IMG/VR virus record: IMGVR_UViG_3300028654_000384
Span: 1-64,000 of that record
DNA: 64,000 bases
Direction: 5' to 3' (one strand)
Position numbers and translations under genes: made by a program. Of the stretch, positions 28,851 to 38,150 are shown piece by piece. The number at the start of each line of letters is the position of its first letter. Within the stretch, counting starts at the first letter, position 1. A model generated the notes under the pieces. It worked only from the letters and a program-made list of their open reading frames with translations. It did no database searches and was not told where the DNA came from.

Positions 28851-31772
28851 ATGCCCGGCGACTTCTCGACACTCGACCAGATTTTTCAGATGGTGACGCC
28901 CGGTGACCTGGGTGGAGGCCAGGACTTCGTCTTTGGCGGGCCCTTGAACAAGGTTGATAGCACCATTGTTCAGATGCAGAAGATCCTCGAAAACGACGGC
29001 CGCGGCGTCTATAACACTGCCGACCTCATCAACAAGTTCAAGGCGTTGTCGACATCACCCAATGGTGGTCAAGGCGTTGACCTATCGACGTACCTCGCGG
29101 TGTACAGTACCCAAGGCTTCGTCGATTCACTGGGTCCCAACGTCGCCCTGTCAAAGAAATACACCGGTGCTGATGGTGCCACACGTGACCTCAGCGGTAA
29201 TGGCATGCAGGAGATCGTGGGCAAGGACTACGCACTGTCGGTGGCGTCGAAGGGCCCGTCTGACATTGCCATCGTCATGAGCAAGACGCCGTTCTTCAAC
29301 CCGACGACGCGTAACACCAAGAAAGCAGAGATCTTCCTCAACTCGATGCCGTCGACGGTGCTGTCGCAGCTGGTTCCCTACATGCAGGTCGAATTTCAGA
29401 CGACGCGTAGCCCATCGCCCTTCCTACAGACAGCGGGCCAGCTCAAGTTCCTGTTGGGTGCCGTCGACAAGGCGACGACGTTGGCCGAGGGCCCGAACAA
29501 GGTACTGGTCGAAGGACACCAGATCACCGCCAATGGCTCCGAGCTCGATTACGCCGGCATGGAGCTGTTCACCAGCCCGCAGACGTTGGTCAACCCGCAG
29601 CCCAATCGCGTGGTGCAGGGTTCAGGTGGGCGCTATGCTGACGTCATCGATCCGTTCAGGCCCTTTGCTTCACTGGAGCACGTGTCGATCGTGTCCGTGC
29701 CTGCTGTCGGCATGTTCTCGTACAAGAAGGCGACGATGACGATCAAAGTCCACGATCGGTCGAGGTTGGCCGAGATCAGTGACCTGATCAGGCCCCGCGT
29801 CTACACCGGGGTGACGGTGTGGATGACCTATGGTTGGCGCGCGCCGGTTCGTTCAGGCGTTGCCGATGCTACGTACTTCGACTATGTCAACAACAACCTG
29901 CTGATGCGTGAAGCCTACGGCATCGTCAATTCGAACTTCTCATTCGACAACGTGGGCCAAGTGACGATCACCCTGGAGCTGTTCACCAAGGGCATTGACG
30001 AGATGCGTCAGGCCAAGATCTCCGACAACAAGAACGACATGGCCTTCAGGACTGACGAGATCAAGCGCTTGACCGAACAGATTTCGGAATACCGTCAACG
30101 GTTGAAGCTCGATCCTCCCGAGGGCCTCAATAAGGAGATCAGGACCTTTCAGATCCTCGATGCCGCCGAAGCGGGTTCGTTCCCCGATCTCAACGCCAAC
30201 GACGTCGCCAAATCGATCGACGCGCTACAACAGGCATTGAACAAGACGGCCAACATCGATCAAGCGGCCCTACGTGGCCTCATCACGGGCCTGAAGAAGC
30301 TGTACACGCCGGCCAACAACGACAAGACCAAGTTCAACTTTCAAGTCGCCTACCAGACGCGGGTGACGCAGACGATCAGCACCATGTTTCAAGAGGTCCA
30401 GACGGGTCCCGATCCCTTCTTGCCCATCCTCGCCAAAGGTAAGGCCGTCAATGTGGAGTTGGCCAAGTTGATCGATCAGTACAACTCGCCCGCCAAGACG
30501 CAAGTGGCGTCGTTCAAGAAGAAGGCGGTGTCGTTCGGCAAGTTGTTCAGCGTCTTTGCCCTCCGAGCCATCACCAGCATGAACATCTTCGATGAGGTGC
30601 AGGTCTTCTTCTACAACCTCAATGAACAGTGTGGCCCGGTCAGCCAACACAGCATCGCCGAGTTTCCGATCGACATGGCGCAGTTTCTCGATCAATACCG
30701 CGAGCTCGTCGTGTCCCGCGGCGGTGAGCGCATCACCCTCGAGGACTTCCTACAGTTGGCGATCAACGCACAGTTCCTCGACAATCGGGCCATTGGCTAC
30801 GGCCTGCGCCAGTACTACTTGCCCTACGACCCGAAGAACAAGGACCCACAGGTCAAGAAGGATCAGGAGGCCAACTTCGAGAATGTGTTGTCGAAGTACA
30901 CTGCGCAGTACGGGCCCTTCAAGAAGCCCGTCATTGAGATGTACGTCGAGGTGGCTCACGAGAAGTCGAGTGAGGTGGGTGACAGCGACGTGCTGCAACT
31001 GTTGAACTACTCGGCGAAGGATGCCACGACCCTCAACGTCAATGACATCAAGGGCAAGCAGGCGCGCAAGATCATGCGGCTCCACGTCTACGACAAGCAG
31101 ACCAACGCCTACCGCGCCGCGGGCCAACTGCTGAAGAATGAGAGCAACACGGGCTTCATCTCGGTGCCGTCGTCGGACTATGCCAAACAGTTCGTCAGTG
31201 ACACACAGATGGCCGATGGGTTCTGGCAGAACGCCGTCAATGCGCAGATCCAACAGGACGCGACGCGGGGTGCTGTCAAGTTGATCGACATCAAGAGCAA
31301 TCAACAGATCAAGAACGTGGTGTCAAAGCTGGTGCCAACGATTCGCTTCGGCGCCAACGGGACGACGATCACCGTGGCCAGCCTGGCATCGAAGGCAGAC
31401 CCGCTGTTGTCGACAGTGCAGATGGTCCGCAGCATGACGGTCAAGAACAATGCGTCGCCTGCGGGGTCGGGTGAGGGTGGCATTCCACTCCGCGTCATCC
31501 CGGCGCAATTGACGCTGACGACGTTGGGCAACCCCCTCGTGTGCATGGCACAGATGTATTTCTGTGATTTTGGTACTGGGACGACGCTAGATTCGTTGTA
31601 CACCGTCACTGGGCTGACGCACACTTTCTCACCGGGAAAGTTCGAGACGCAGTGGAACTTCTGTTATTCTGATGGTTATGGCGTCTGGGAGGGAGCACCA
31701 AACGTGATGAAGGTCATCACTTCGTTCCCACCTGACATCTCGAGCCCGACGAACGGTGCGAAGCAGTCCTGA
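28851..31772 (+). CDS. Baseplate hub-like protein (gp27 / late control D-like)
   Basis: Position after the LysM-like gene; C-terminal TLTTLGNP....Q.YF.DF.TGT..D..Y.VTG..H....GKF.T; start reassigned to ATG 28851. Confidence 0.6.
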   Translation: MPGDFSTLDQIFQMVTPGDLGGGQDFVFGGPLNKVDSTIVQMQKILENDGRGVYNTADLINKFKALSTSPNGGQGVDLSTYLAVYSTQGFVDSLGPNVALSKKYTGADGATRDLSGNGMQEIVGKDYALSVASKGPSDIAIVMSKTPFFNPTTRNTKKAEIFLNSMPSTVLSQLVPYMQVEFQTTRSPSPFLQTAGQLKFLLGAVDKATTLAEGPNKVLVEGHQITANGSELDYAGMELFTSPQTLVNPQPNRVVQGSGGRYADVIDPFRPFASLEHVSIVSVPAVGMFSYKKATMTIKVHDRSRLAEISDLIRPRVYTGVTVWMTYGWRAPVRSGVADATYFDYVNNNLLMREAYGIVNSNFSFDNVGQVTITLELFTKGIDEMRQAKISDNKNDMAFRTDEIKRLTEQISEYRQRLKLDPPEGLNKEIRTFQILDAAEAGSFPDLNANDVAKSIDALQQALNKTANIDQAALRGLITGLKKLYTPANNDKTKFNFQVAYQTRVTQTISTMFQEVQTGPDPFLPILAKGKAVNVELAKLIDQYNSPAKTQVASFKKKAVSFGKLFSVFALRAITSMNIFDEVQVFFYNLNEQCGPVSQHSIAEFPIDMAQFLDQYRELVVSRGGERITLEDFLQLAINAQFLDNRAIGYGLRQYYLPYDPKNKDPQVKKDQEANFENVLSKYTAQYGPFKKPVIEMYVEVAHEKSSEVGDSDVLQLLNYSAKDATTLNVNDIKGKQARKIMRLHVYDKQTNAYRAAGQLLKNESNTGFISVPSSDYAKQFVSDTQMADGFWQNAVNAQIQQDATRGAVKLIDIKSNQQIKNVVSKLVPTIRFGANGTTITVASLASKADPLLSTVQMVRSMTVKNNASPAGSGEGGIPLRVIPAQLTLTTLGNPLVCMAQMYFCDFGTGTTLDSLYTVTGLTHTFSPGKFETQWNFCYSDGYGVWEGAPNVMKVITSFPPDISSPTNGAKQS

Positions 31773-31794
31773 CATGTAGTTCGTCACCTCTGCG

Positions 31795-33009
31795 GTGTAC
31801 GTTGGTTTGGTGCATCGCTTTTGCCTAGACGCCGCGCTCCTCGGCACCGACAAGCACCTGCTCGTCGACGGTGAGAGCGCATCGTGGTCACCCGTCGTTC
31901 CACCGAAGGTGTTCCACTGCACCGGCCACGTGAAGTCCACCAGCGAGCAGTGCCTCGACACCGTCGCCAAGTTGGCAGGCCTCGAGCTGCCCTTCGCGCC
32001 GCCGCCACGCTTCGTGCAGGCGATGTCAGCGTTGTCGGGCTCAATCACCGGTGATGTGCCGTGGCAGCAGGTGATGCCCGCCGCCGCCCACCAAGACTTC
32101 ATCAGGTGCCTCGTCAATGCGACCAGGGTTGTCATGCAATCGGCCCTCGTCGATTATTTTGAGGGCATTTGGGTGCCAGGTAGTGTTGTTGTGGCTTCGC
32201 TCGCTCGCGCATCCATCGACGTGACCAAGTGGCAGGAGTTAGTCGCCGTGGGATTGGGCAACGTGCCCGCGTTGAAGTCGTTTCAACCTGATGCTGACGG
32301 CTTCGCACGCGCAGTCATCTACGATCGGTTCGCGACGCTGACGGGACGCCTGACGGTGACAGCGGGCCCACAGATCTTGACGTTGAAGCGGGAACACCGG
32401 TGCATCCTCAGGTCGCGCCATGGCGATGCCGGGACGATCGTCGCCCTCGACTTTGCGGCCCTCGAGGCCCGAGTGTTGCTGTACGAGTTCGGCCGCAGCT
32501 GCGATGAACCTGACCTGTACGGGGCGCTGGCACGCGAATTGGGCCACGATCGCAAGGCGATCAAGGGTGCTGTCATCTGTGAGCTGTACGGCAGCAGCAA
32601 GTACGCATTGGGCAAGCACTTGGGCATCGAAGGCAAGGAGCTCAATCACTTCGTCAAGCGCGTCAAGGCCTACTTTAGGACCAGCGAGCTGCTGGCGCGG
32701 ATCAAGGCACAGTTCGTGGCGACGGGCTTCATCACCAATCGCTACGGCCGACCCATCAAGGTCGATGAACCTCTCGATCACGTGCTGGTCAATCACTATG
32801 CACAGTCCACCGGCGTTGACGTGACGATGTTGGGCTTTCACCAAGTCATCCAACGTTTGCCGCCGAGGACGAAGCCGATCTTCCTGCTTCACGACTCGAT
32901 CCTGCTCGACGTGCACAATGATGACTTGGCCGAAGTGCAGAAGATCGACAACGTGCGTGTCAAGGGCTATGTTCAGAAGTTTCCGTTGAGGATGGAGAAG
33001 ATTGCATGA
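31795..33009 (+). CDS. polA: Family A DNA polymerase, polymerase domain only
   Basis: TGRL, motif A LDFAALEARVL, motif B RKAIKGAVICELYG, NHYAQSTG and motif C LHDSIL; no exonuclease motifs; start uncertain. Confidence 0.85.
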   Translation: MYVGLVHRFCLDAALLGTDKHLLVDGESASWSPVVPPKVFHCTGHVKSTSEQCLDTVAKLAGLELPFAPPPRFVQAMSALSGSITGDVPWQQVMPAAAHQDFIRCLVNATRVVMQSALVDYFEGIWVPGSVVVASLARASIDVTKWQELVAVGLGNVPALKSFQPDADGFARAVIYDRFATLTGRLTVTAGPQILTLKREHRCILRSRHGDAGTIVALDFAALEARVLLYEFGRSCDEPDLYGALARELGHDRKAIKGAVICELYGSSKYALGKHLGIEGKELNHFVKRVKAYFRTSELLARIKAQFVATGFITNRYGRPIKVDEPLDHVLVNHYAQSTGVDVTMLGFHQVIQRLPPRTKPIFLLHDSILLDVHNDDLAEVQKIDNVRVKGYVQKFPLRMEKIA

Positions 33010-33254
33010 TGACCCCGGGCACCGTCATCGAGTGGCGCTATGTGTCGAGCGCCAGGCGCGTACGCGGCGGCACAATGATGCTGGTCGACTTCGGTCCCGA
33101 CGTGTTGATCGGTGGCTTTCACCTGCTGATCGGCTTCGTCGACGACGTGATGACGTGGATGCCCTTGGGCCGTGCCAAGTTGTACCAAGTCAGGATCGCC
33201 ACCCAACGCCTCGTCTATCCGTGTGAGGCAGTGATGCTGATGGGGCACACGTGA
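33009..33254 (+). CDS. Small 'PGxxIEW' family protein, copy A
   Basis: MTPGTVIEW...IGGFHLL...MTWMPLG matches copies B and C. Confidence 0.65.
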   Translation: MTPGTVIEWRYVSSARRVRGGTMMLVDFGPDVLIGGFHLLIGFVDDVMTWMPLGRAKLYQVRIATQRLVYPCEAVMLMGHT

Positions 33255-33514
33255 AACCGGGTGACCTGATCGAGTGGGTGTATGAACCCGAGAATGTACT
33301 TGTGCGCGCCAATGAACACATGTGGTCGTCGATGATGAAAGCCTGGGTCCACATCGGAGGTGTCCACTTGCTTATCTCTCGCGCCGAAGGCACCCTGACG
33401 TGGTTGCCCCTCGGTGCATTTGACAAGGGGTTGCTCCGCGCGCGCGCGGATGATACATGGCGACAGCGTTCGCAAACCACTAGGACCGCGGTTGCTCCAC
33501 GTAGCGTCGAATGA
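33251..33514 (+). CDS. Small 'PGDLIEW' family protein, copy B
   Basis: GTGA overlap; gapless paralog of 54933-55226. Confidence 0.7.
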   Translation: MKPGDLIEWVYEPENVLVRANEHMWSSMMKAWVHIGGVHLLISRAEGTLTWLPLGAFDKGLLRARADDTWRQRSQTTRTAVAPRSVE

Positions 33515-33520
33515 TGGCGC

Positions 33521-33549
33521 CTGAACACTGTGCCCGGTGATGATAAGAT
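33521..33549 (+). promoter_or_regulatory. Leaderless promoter CTGAAC-17-TAAGAT
   Basis: -10 ends 6 nt before ATG 33556. Confidence 0.7.
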
Positions 33550-33555
33550 CAACCC

Positions 33556-34176
33556 ATGTCGTTGACACCTGAGCAGATTGAGCAGAACTGGCTACGCTTT
33601 CGGACGTTGTGTGGCAAGTTGGGTGAGCGCTCACCCGCGGTGATGCGGATGGTCGATGAGCTCGATGAGCGGCTGTGCCTGTGCCCGGCGTCGTCGAAGA
33701 GGGATTTCCACCACGCATTCCCAGGAGGTTTAATTTCGCACTCATTACGCGTATTGAACAATTTGGTCATTCTCAATAATTCATATGGATGGAATTTGCC
33801 TAAGGACAGCATGATTATCGCCGCATTGTTTCACGACATCGGAAAATGTGGGCTACCAGGCACTGATGCGGTGAATGACTTTTATACACCTCAAACAGAC
33901 GGCTGGCGTGTTGAAAAAATGGGTGAGGAGTACAAGTACAACAACGATCTAGCCTATATGACGACGCCTGATCGAAGTATGTTTATGATGCAACACTACG
34001 GTATTCAACTCTCTATTGATGAATATTTGTCAATCAAATTAAATGATGGCTTTATCGTGCCTGAAAACAAGTCATATGGATTGAAGATTTCTCCACTGGT
34101 CTATGGGACGATGACAGCAGATTATGTCAGTACAATGGAAGAAAAACACGTAGCATATTGGCCGTCTGAACAATGA
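33556..34176 (+). CDS. HD-domain phosphohydrolase
   Basis: HHAFPGGL..HSL, ALFHDIGK, and later IKLNDG motifs. Confidence 0.85.
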   Translation: MSLTPEQIEQNWLRFRTLCGKLGERSPAVMRMVDELDERLCLCPASSKRDFHHAFPGGLISHSLRVLNNLVILNNSYGWNLPKDSMIIAALFHDIGKCGLPGTDAVNDFYTPQTDGWRVEKMGEEYKYNNDLAYMTTPDRSMFMMQHYGIQLSIDEYLSIKLNDGFIVPENKSYGLKISPLVYGTMTADYVSTMEEKHVAYWPSEQ

Positions 34177-35081
34177 CAAAGTCACTTCAATATGAAGTGT
34201 ACTGTTACAGTTGTCATTGCGCACGATGCACGTGGCGCGATATCTACGTCGGTAAGGCTAAATATGGCACCAATGATCGGCACCATACGCACGTAGTCGT
34301 TGCTCGTCGAATATTGTCAGGGCGCGGCACTAAAAAAGACCTGAAGTTTGATTACTTCATGGCAAAGCACGGGATTGATAATCTTCATGTAAGAACTTTG
34401 ATCACGTGTTCATCTGAAGACGAAATGAATGACCAAGAGATTAAGATGATTGTTGAAAAAAAGACGTTCCACGAGTTTGGTGGAATGAATTTTGATCGTG
34501 GTGGTCGTGGCGGGCGTAGAAAGGGAGTTTATACACCTACGCCTGAGACGCGTGTTAACGCTAGCATTGCACAAAAGAAAGCTCATGAAGCTGATCCCAC
34601 ATTGCGATACAGAGCAACGCGTGGTTTAATAGAAGGTGGAAAAGTGTGGCGTGAAGCAAATCCTGATGCGATGAAAGGTGTTGTTGAACGTGGGTGGGAA
34701 ACAATTCATAAGCAACTTGAAACTGATCCTGAGTATGCTGAACAATTCACAGCCATGCACATGGAGAAGTCGCGCAAGGGTGGCGATGCGTTCTTGGTTA
34801 AACACGCCAATCCAGAATTTGCAGATGATTTTGCAAAAAAGTGTGGTGATGGCGTAAGTGCTTGGTGTAAGGCAAACCCAGAAAGTGTCAAGCTACGTGC
34901 ACAACGCGCCGCGGGAACTAAAGCTGCTAATGGTACTGGGATTAAAGCTGCTCGCGCCACAGCGCAAAAAACGCCTAAATCAGAGTACACACGTCGTGGA
35001 CTAAAAGGGTGGGAGTTACGACGTCAAAGGCAATTTCGCCAAAAATCTCACTCATGGCTTACGAGAGAAAAGGCAGAGTGA
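34173..35081 (+). mobile_element. GIY-YIG-like homing endonuclease
   Basis: YEVYCY...IYVGKA...R, E..MI, MNFDRGG; basic helical C-terminal half; AT-rich. Confidence 0.7.
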
Positions 35082-35383
35082 TGACTTCACTCATTGTTCC
35101 CGGCGATGTTGTTTCCCTCAAAGGCACAAGCGGGGGTATGTCGCGTCAACACCTGTATTCGACACCGGGTATCGATGCTATCGCCGACGTAAGTGATGAT
35201 GGGGTGTTGTTCGTTGTGTCTACCCTTGAGGTCAAGGACGCATACAAGAGGAGCGGCATACTTCGCAGCGAGTTCTTCTTCTACGTTCTCATCATGTCGG
35301 GTCACATTAGTGGCCATATGGCCGGGTGGATCACTGCTGGTCGAGTGGTGAAGTTGTGGAGTGCACATGAAGCAGTTGCCTGA
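35081..35383 (+). CDS. Small beta-barrel-like hypothetical protein (PGDVV)
   Basis: IVPGDVVSL...FVVS...YVL...GW; coupled to the upstream stop. Confidence 0.55.
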   Translation: MTSLIVPGDVVSLKGTSGGMSRQHLYSTPGIDAIADVSDDGVLFVVSTLEVKDAYKRSGILRSEFFFYVLIMSGHISGHMAGWITAGRVVKLWSAHEAVA

Positions 35384-35543
35384 TGACAAGACCTATGCGT
35401 GTCCCAAGTGCGCGGGACCTACCACTAAGTTGAAGGGCTTTGCATGCTACTGGTGCCGACCCTGTGACCACGTCATTGATCTGTGGTATACCGATGATCT
35501 CGTGGTCATTGATGCGTCAAAGTCACCCGTCAAGCCTATTTAG
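35367..35543 (+). CDS. Small Zn-ribbon protein
   Basis: CPKC ... WCRPC. Confidence 0.55.
   Translation: MKQLPDDKTYACPKCAGPTTKLKGFACYWCRPCDHVIDLWYTDDLVVIDASKSPVKPI
35537..35542 (+). promoter_or_regulatory. Late-type promoter variant TATTTA
   Basis: CAAGCCTATTTAGAACATG mirrors CAAGCCTACTTAGATCGTG at 2403. Confidence 0.6.
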
Positions 35544-35546
35544 AAC

Positions 35547-35771
35547 ATGAGCAATTCACTGCTCGAAAAGTACATCAGGTTGATGGTTCAAGAGGCACAT
35601 GATGCCCGGGTACCCAATCAATTGGTCGGTGACTCGGGTGATGAGGGCGAACAGGTTGAAGTGGATGAGGCATCGGTGGTTGGCGGCATAGCAGGCTACA
35701 CTGCACCTCTCGGCATGGATCCAGACAAACTAGGACGTAGGAAGAACGCATCCAAGCGGAAGCGCAAGTAA
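35547..35771 (+). CDS. Leader-bearing small protein (acidic middle, basic tail)
   Basis: MSNSLLEKYIRLMVQE; VDEASVVGGIAGYTAPLG; ends RRKNASKRKRK. Confidence 0.7.
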   Translation: MSNSLLEKYIRLMVQEAHDARVPNQLVGDSGDEGEQVEVDEASVVGGIAGYTAPLGMDPDKLGRRKNASKRKRK

Positions 35772-35796
35772 TTCAGCACAAAGCGGTAACAGGAAC

Positions 35797-35822
35797 GGTG
35801 GCGCAGAACAATCTGCGCCACC
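35797..35822. terminator. 11-bp perfect hairpin
   Basis: GGTGGCGCAGA-ACAA-TCTGCGCCACC; no clear U-tract. Confidence 0.5.
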
Positions 35823-35824
35823 CC

Positions 35825-35853
35825 TTGAACAAGGCAACGGACGAAGGTATGAT
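35825..35853 (+). promoter_or_regulatory. Sigma70-like promoter TTGAAC-17-TATGAT
   Basis: Exact spacing; heads the yodC-like / endonuclease / ssb unit. Confidence 0.7.
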
Positions 35854-35921
35854 CCAATGGTAGGTGCACTGATGCACTCACATAGTGGTTCATTCTGAGG
35901 TAGTAGGAAAGAGGATAGAAA

Positions 35922-36146
35922 ATGGCACAGGAATTCAATCCCGGTGATCAAGTTAAACACTTGTCAGGTGGACCTGTAATGACGGTTGACTATTGCAACG
36001 GCACCGCAGCTACTTGTTCATGGTTCGATCATAAAAGTGGTAAGTTTGAAACAGCGACACTCAGGAAAATAGCTCTCAAACTTCATGTGGAAGAGCATCA
36101 ACCTGTCGTCCTACAAGACGACGGATACAAGTGGCCGACGGACTAA
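35922..36146 (+). CDS. YodC / DUF2158-like small protein
   Basis: FNPGDQV...SGGPVMTV......C.WFD signature. Confidence 0.75.
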   Translation: MAQEFNPGDQVKHLSGGPVMTVDYCNGTAATCSWFDHKSGKFETATLRKIALKLHVEEHQPVVLQDDGYKWPTD

Positions 36147-36149
36147 TCG

Positions 36150-37082
36150 GTGCTGATTACCAAGCTTTCCGCCACGCGTGCACTATGTGCGTGTGATGTT
36201 TGTGGCACAGAAATTGTTCGTTCATTCAACCGTATGGGTGAACTGCAATTCTGTACACGTGCATGCATGACTTCAGCGCGGAAAGCTGGTGGTGTTCTAC
36301 AACGGAAGACCGAAGCTACAGCACTTACAAAGTACGGTGTCACGAACGTAGCAAAATCAGTTCTCATCAAGGAACAGACGAAGCAAACGTGCATGGTGCG
36401 CTATGGTGTCTCAGCACCTGTGTTATCGCCTGAGATTGATGCCAAACGTCGCAAGACGCTTGAAGAGCGGTATGGTGTTGATCAGACGTTCAAGTCTACT
36501 GATGTGCGTGCCAAGTCTCGTGATACCAAACTTGAACGGTATGGTGAGGAATGGCCTGCTAAATTAGACGCCACGAAGCAAAAAGTGATAGAGACGAACA
36601 TGGAGCGTTACGGCGTTCCAAGTCCCTTTAGTCTCGGATCACCCTTTCGCAGCGCTGATGATTGTAGTAAAGGGGGACAGGTTAGCTATCGTGCTCAAGG
36701 ACTTAAGGCGGGTGGCGAAGGGTTCTTATCGAAACCTGAACTTCAGTTACGTGATCTATTGGTTGAACAGTTCGGCGTTGAAGATGTTGATCAACAAGTT
36801 GTGGTGCAACACGGCGTTCGAAAACCTTGGTTGATCGACTTCTATGTCAAGTCAATTGACACCTACGTGCAATCAGACGGCGTCTATTGGCATGGGCTTG
36901 ATAGGGCATATAATGAACTGCATCCGGATGCACAGAAGACGTATGATCACGATAGACAGCAAGATCAATGGTTCGTGAACAATGGACGACGTCTGATTAG
37001 GATTACTGACAAGCAAGTGAAAGAGTGGATGAAGACGGGATCCGCGTCAGATGCGCTGAAGCAGATTCTTCTTCAACGGTAA
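36150..37082 (+). mobile_element. Vsr/DUF559-like homing endonuclease with 'RYGV' repeats
   Basis: CDVC..FC...C, five (K/R)YG(V/E) repeats, SKPE, IDFY...DGVYWHG and LIRITD motifs. Confidence 0.75.
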
Positions 37083-37102
37083 TAGGAAAGAGGAATAGGA
37101 AC

Positions 37103-38029
37103 ATGGTAGATCTCGAGGCGATTCGTCGCAAAGTCGCGCAGCTCAACGGCGAGCGCAAGAATTCAAACGTCCAGCTGTGGAAGCCCGCCCCGGGCGAGTA
37201 CAAGGTCAGGGGACTGCCGTGGAAGCCCGGCACCGCGACCGCTGATTCCCCCTTCATTGAGCGCCAGTTCTACTACTTGGGCGATCAACCCCGGATCCTG
37301 GCCCCTCGCCAGTTCAACAAGCCCGATCCCATCAATTCGCTGATCACCAAGCTGTTCCGCTCTGGCAACCCCGATGACCGCGAGAACGCCAAGAAGCTGA
37401 TGCCCAAGATGGTCGCCTACATGCCCCTCATCGTCCGCGGTGAAGAGGACAAGGGCGTGCAGGTGTGGTCGCTCAACAAGCTCGTCTACAAGGACCTGCT
37501 GGCGCTGTTCACCAATACCGAACTGTCGGATGATGGCAGCCTCATTGACTTTCTCGACCCGGTCGATGGCATTGATCTCAAGGTGACGATCACCAAGTCG
37601 CCCAAAAAGTTCAACGGGCGTGACGTGATGGACGTCAAGATCGGCGCCGTCCGCAAGCAGAGCAAGTTGTCGAACGACGACGCGCAGGCCAAGAAGTGGC
37701 TCGACAACCTCCCCAACGTCGACGACATGTTCCCGACCAAGACGACGGCCGAGATTGAAGCGGCGCTCAACGCTTACCTGTCGGGTGATTCACCTGACGC
37801 TGACGGTTCAAGCCGTGGCACTAAACCTCAGGACGAACTCGACAAGTTGGCCGATGATGTCAAGGCCGAAGTCAAGGCGCCCGCGACCGAAGCAGCGAAG
37901 GCGCCAAAGGCAGCGCCCGCCGCGAAGAAGGCCCCTGCCAAGAAGGCCGAAGTTGATGACGACGCTCCCGCTGAAAAAGTGTCGCTCGATGATGCCTTTG
38001 CATCGTTGATCAACGACAACGACGAGTAA
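37103..38029 (+). CDS. Single-stranded DNA-binding protein (gp32-like)
   Basis: LWKP..GE..VR.LP, F.E..FYY, DPI..L...L, G.D.K.T; acidic C-terminus DDAFASLINDNDE; start at MVDLEAIRRK. Confidence 0.8.
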   Translation: MVDLEAIRRKVAQLNGERKNSNVQLWKPAPGEYKVRGLPWKPGTATADSPFIERQFYYLGDQPRILAPRQFNKPDPINSLITKLFRSGNPDDRENAKKLMPKMVAYMPLIVRGEEDKGVQVWSLNKLVYKDLLALFTNTELSDDGSLIDFLDPVDGIDLKVTITKSPKKFNGRDVMDVKIGAVRKQSKLSNDDAQAKKWLDNLPNVDDMFPTKTTAEIEAALNAYLSGDSPDADGSSRGTKPQDELDKLADDVKAEVKAPATEAAKAPKAAPAAKKAPAKKAEVDDDAPAEKVSLDDAFASLINDNDE

Positions 38030-38038
38030 CAACAGATC

Positions 38039-38060
38039 GGCGAGGGTCCTTCCTCGCCTT
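38039..38060 (+). terminator. Possible terminator hairpin after ssb
   Basis: GGCGAGG-GTCCTT-CCTCGCC followed by TT. Confidence 0.4.
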
Positions 38061-38150
38061 GCGAGCCAGGTGTAAAGGTGCACAGTCGGCTACCCGCCGG
38101 CAGGGCTAGGTTCAATGCCTAGGGTTTCGCTCGAAGAAAGGCAGTGCCAT

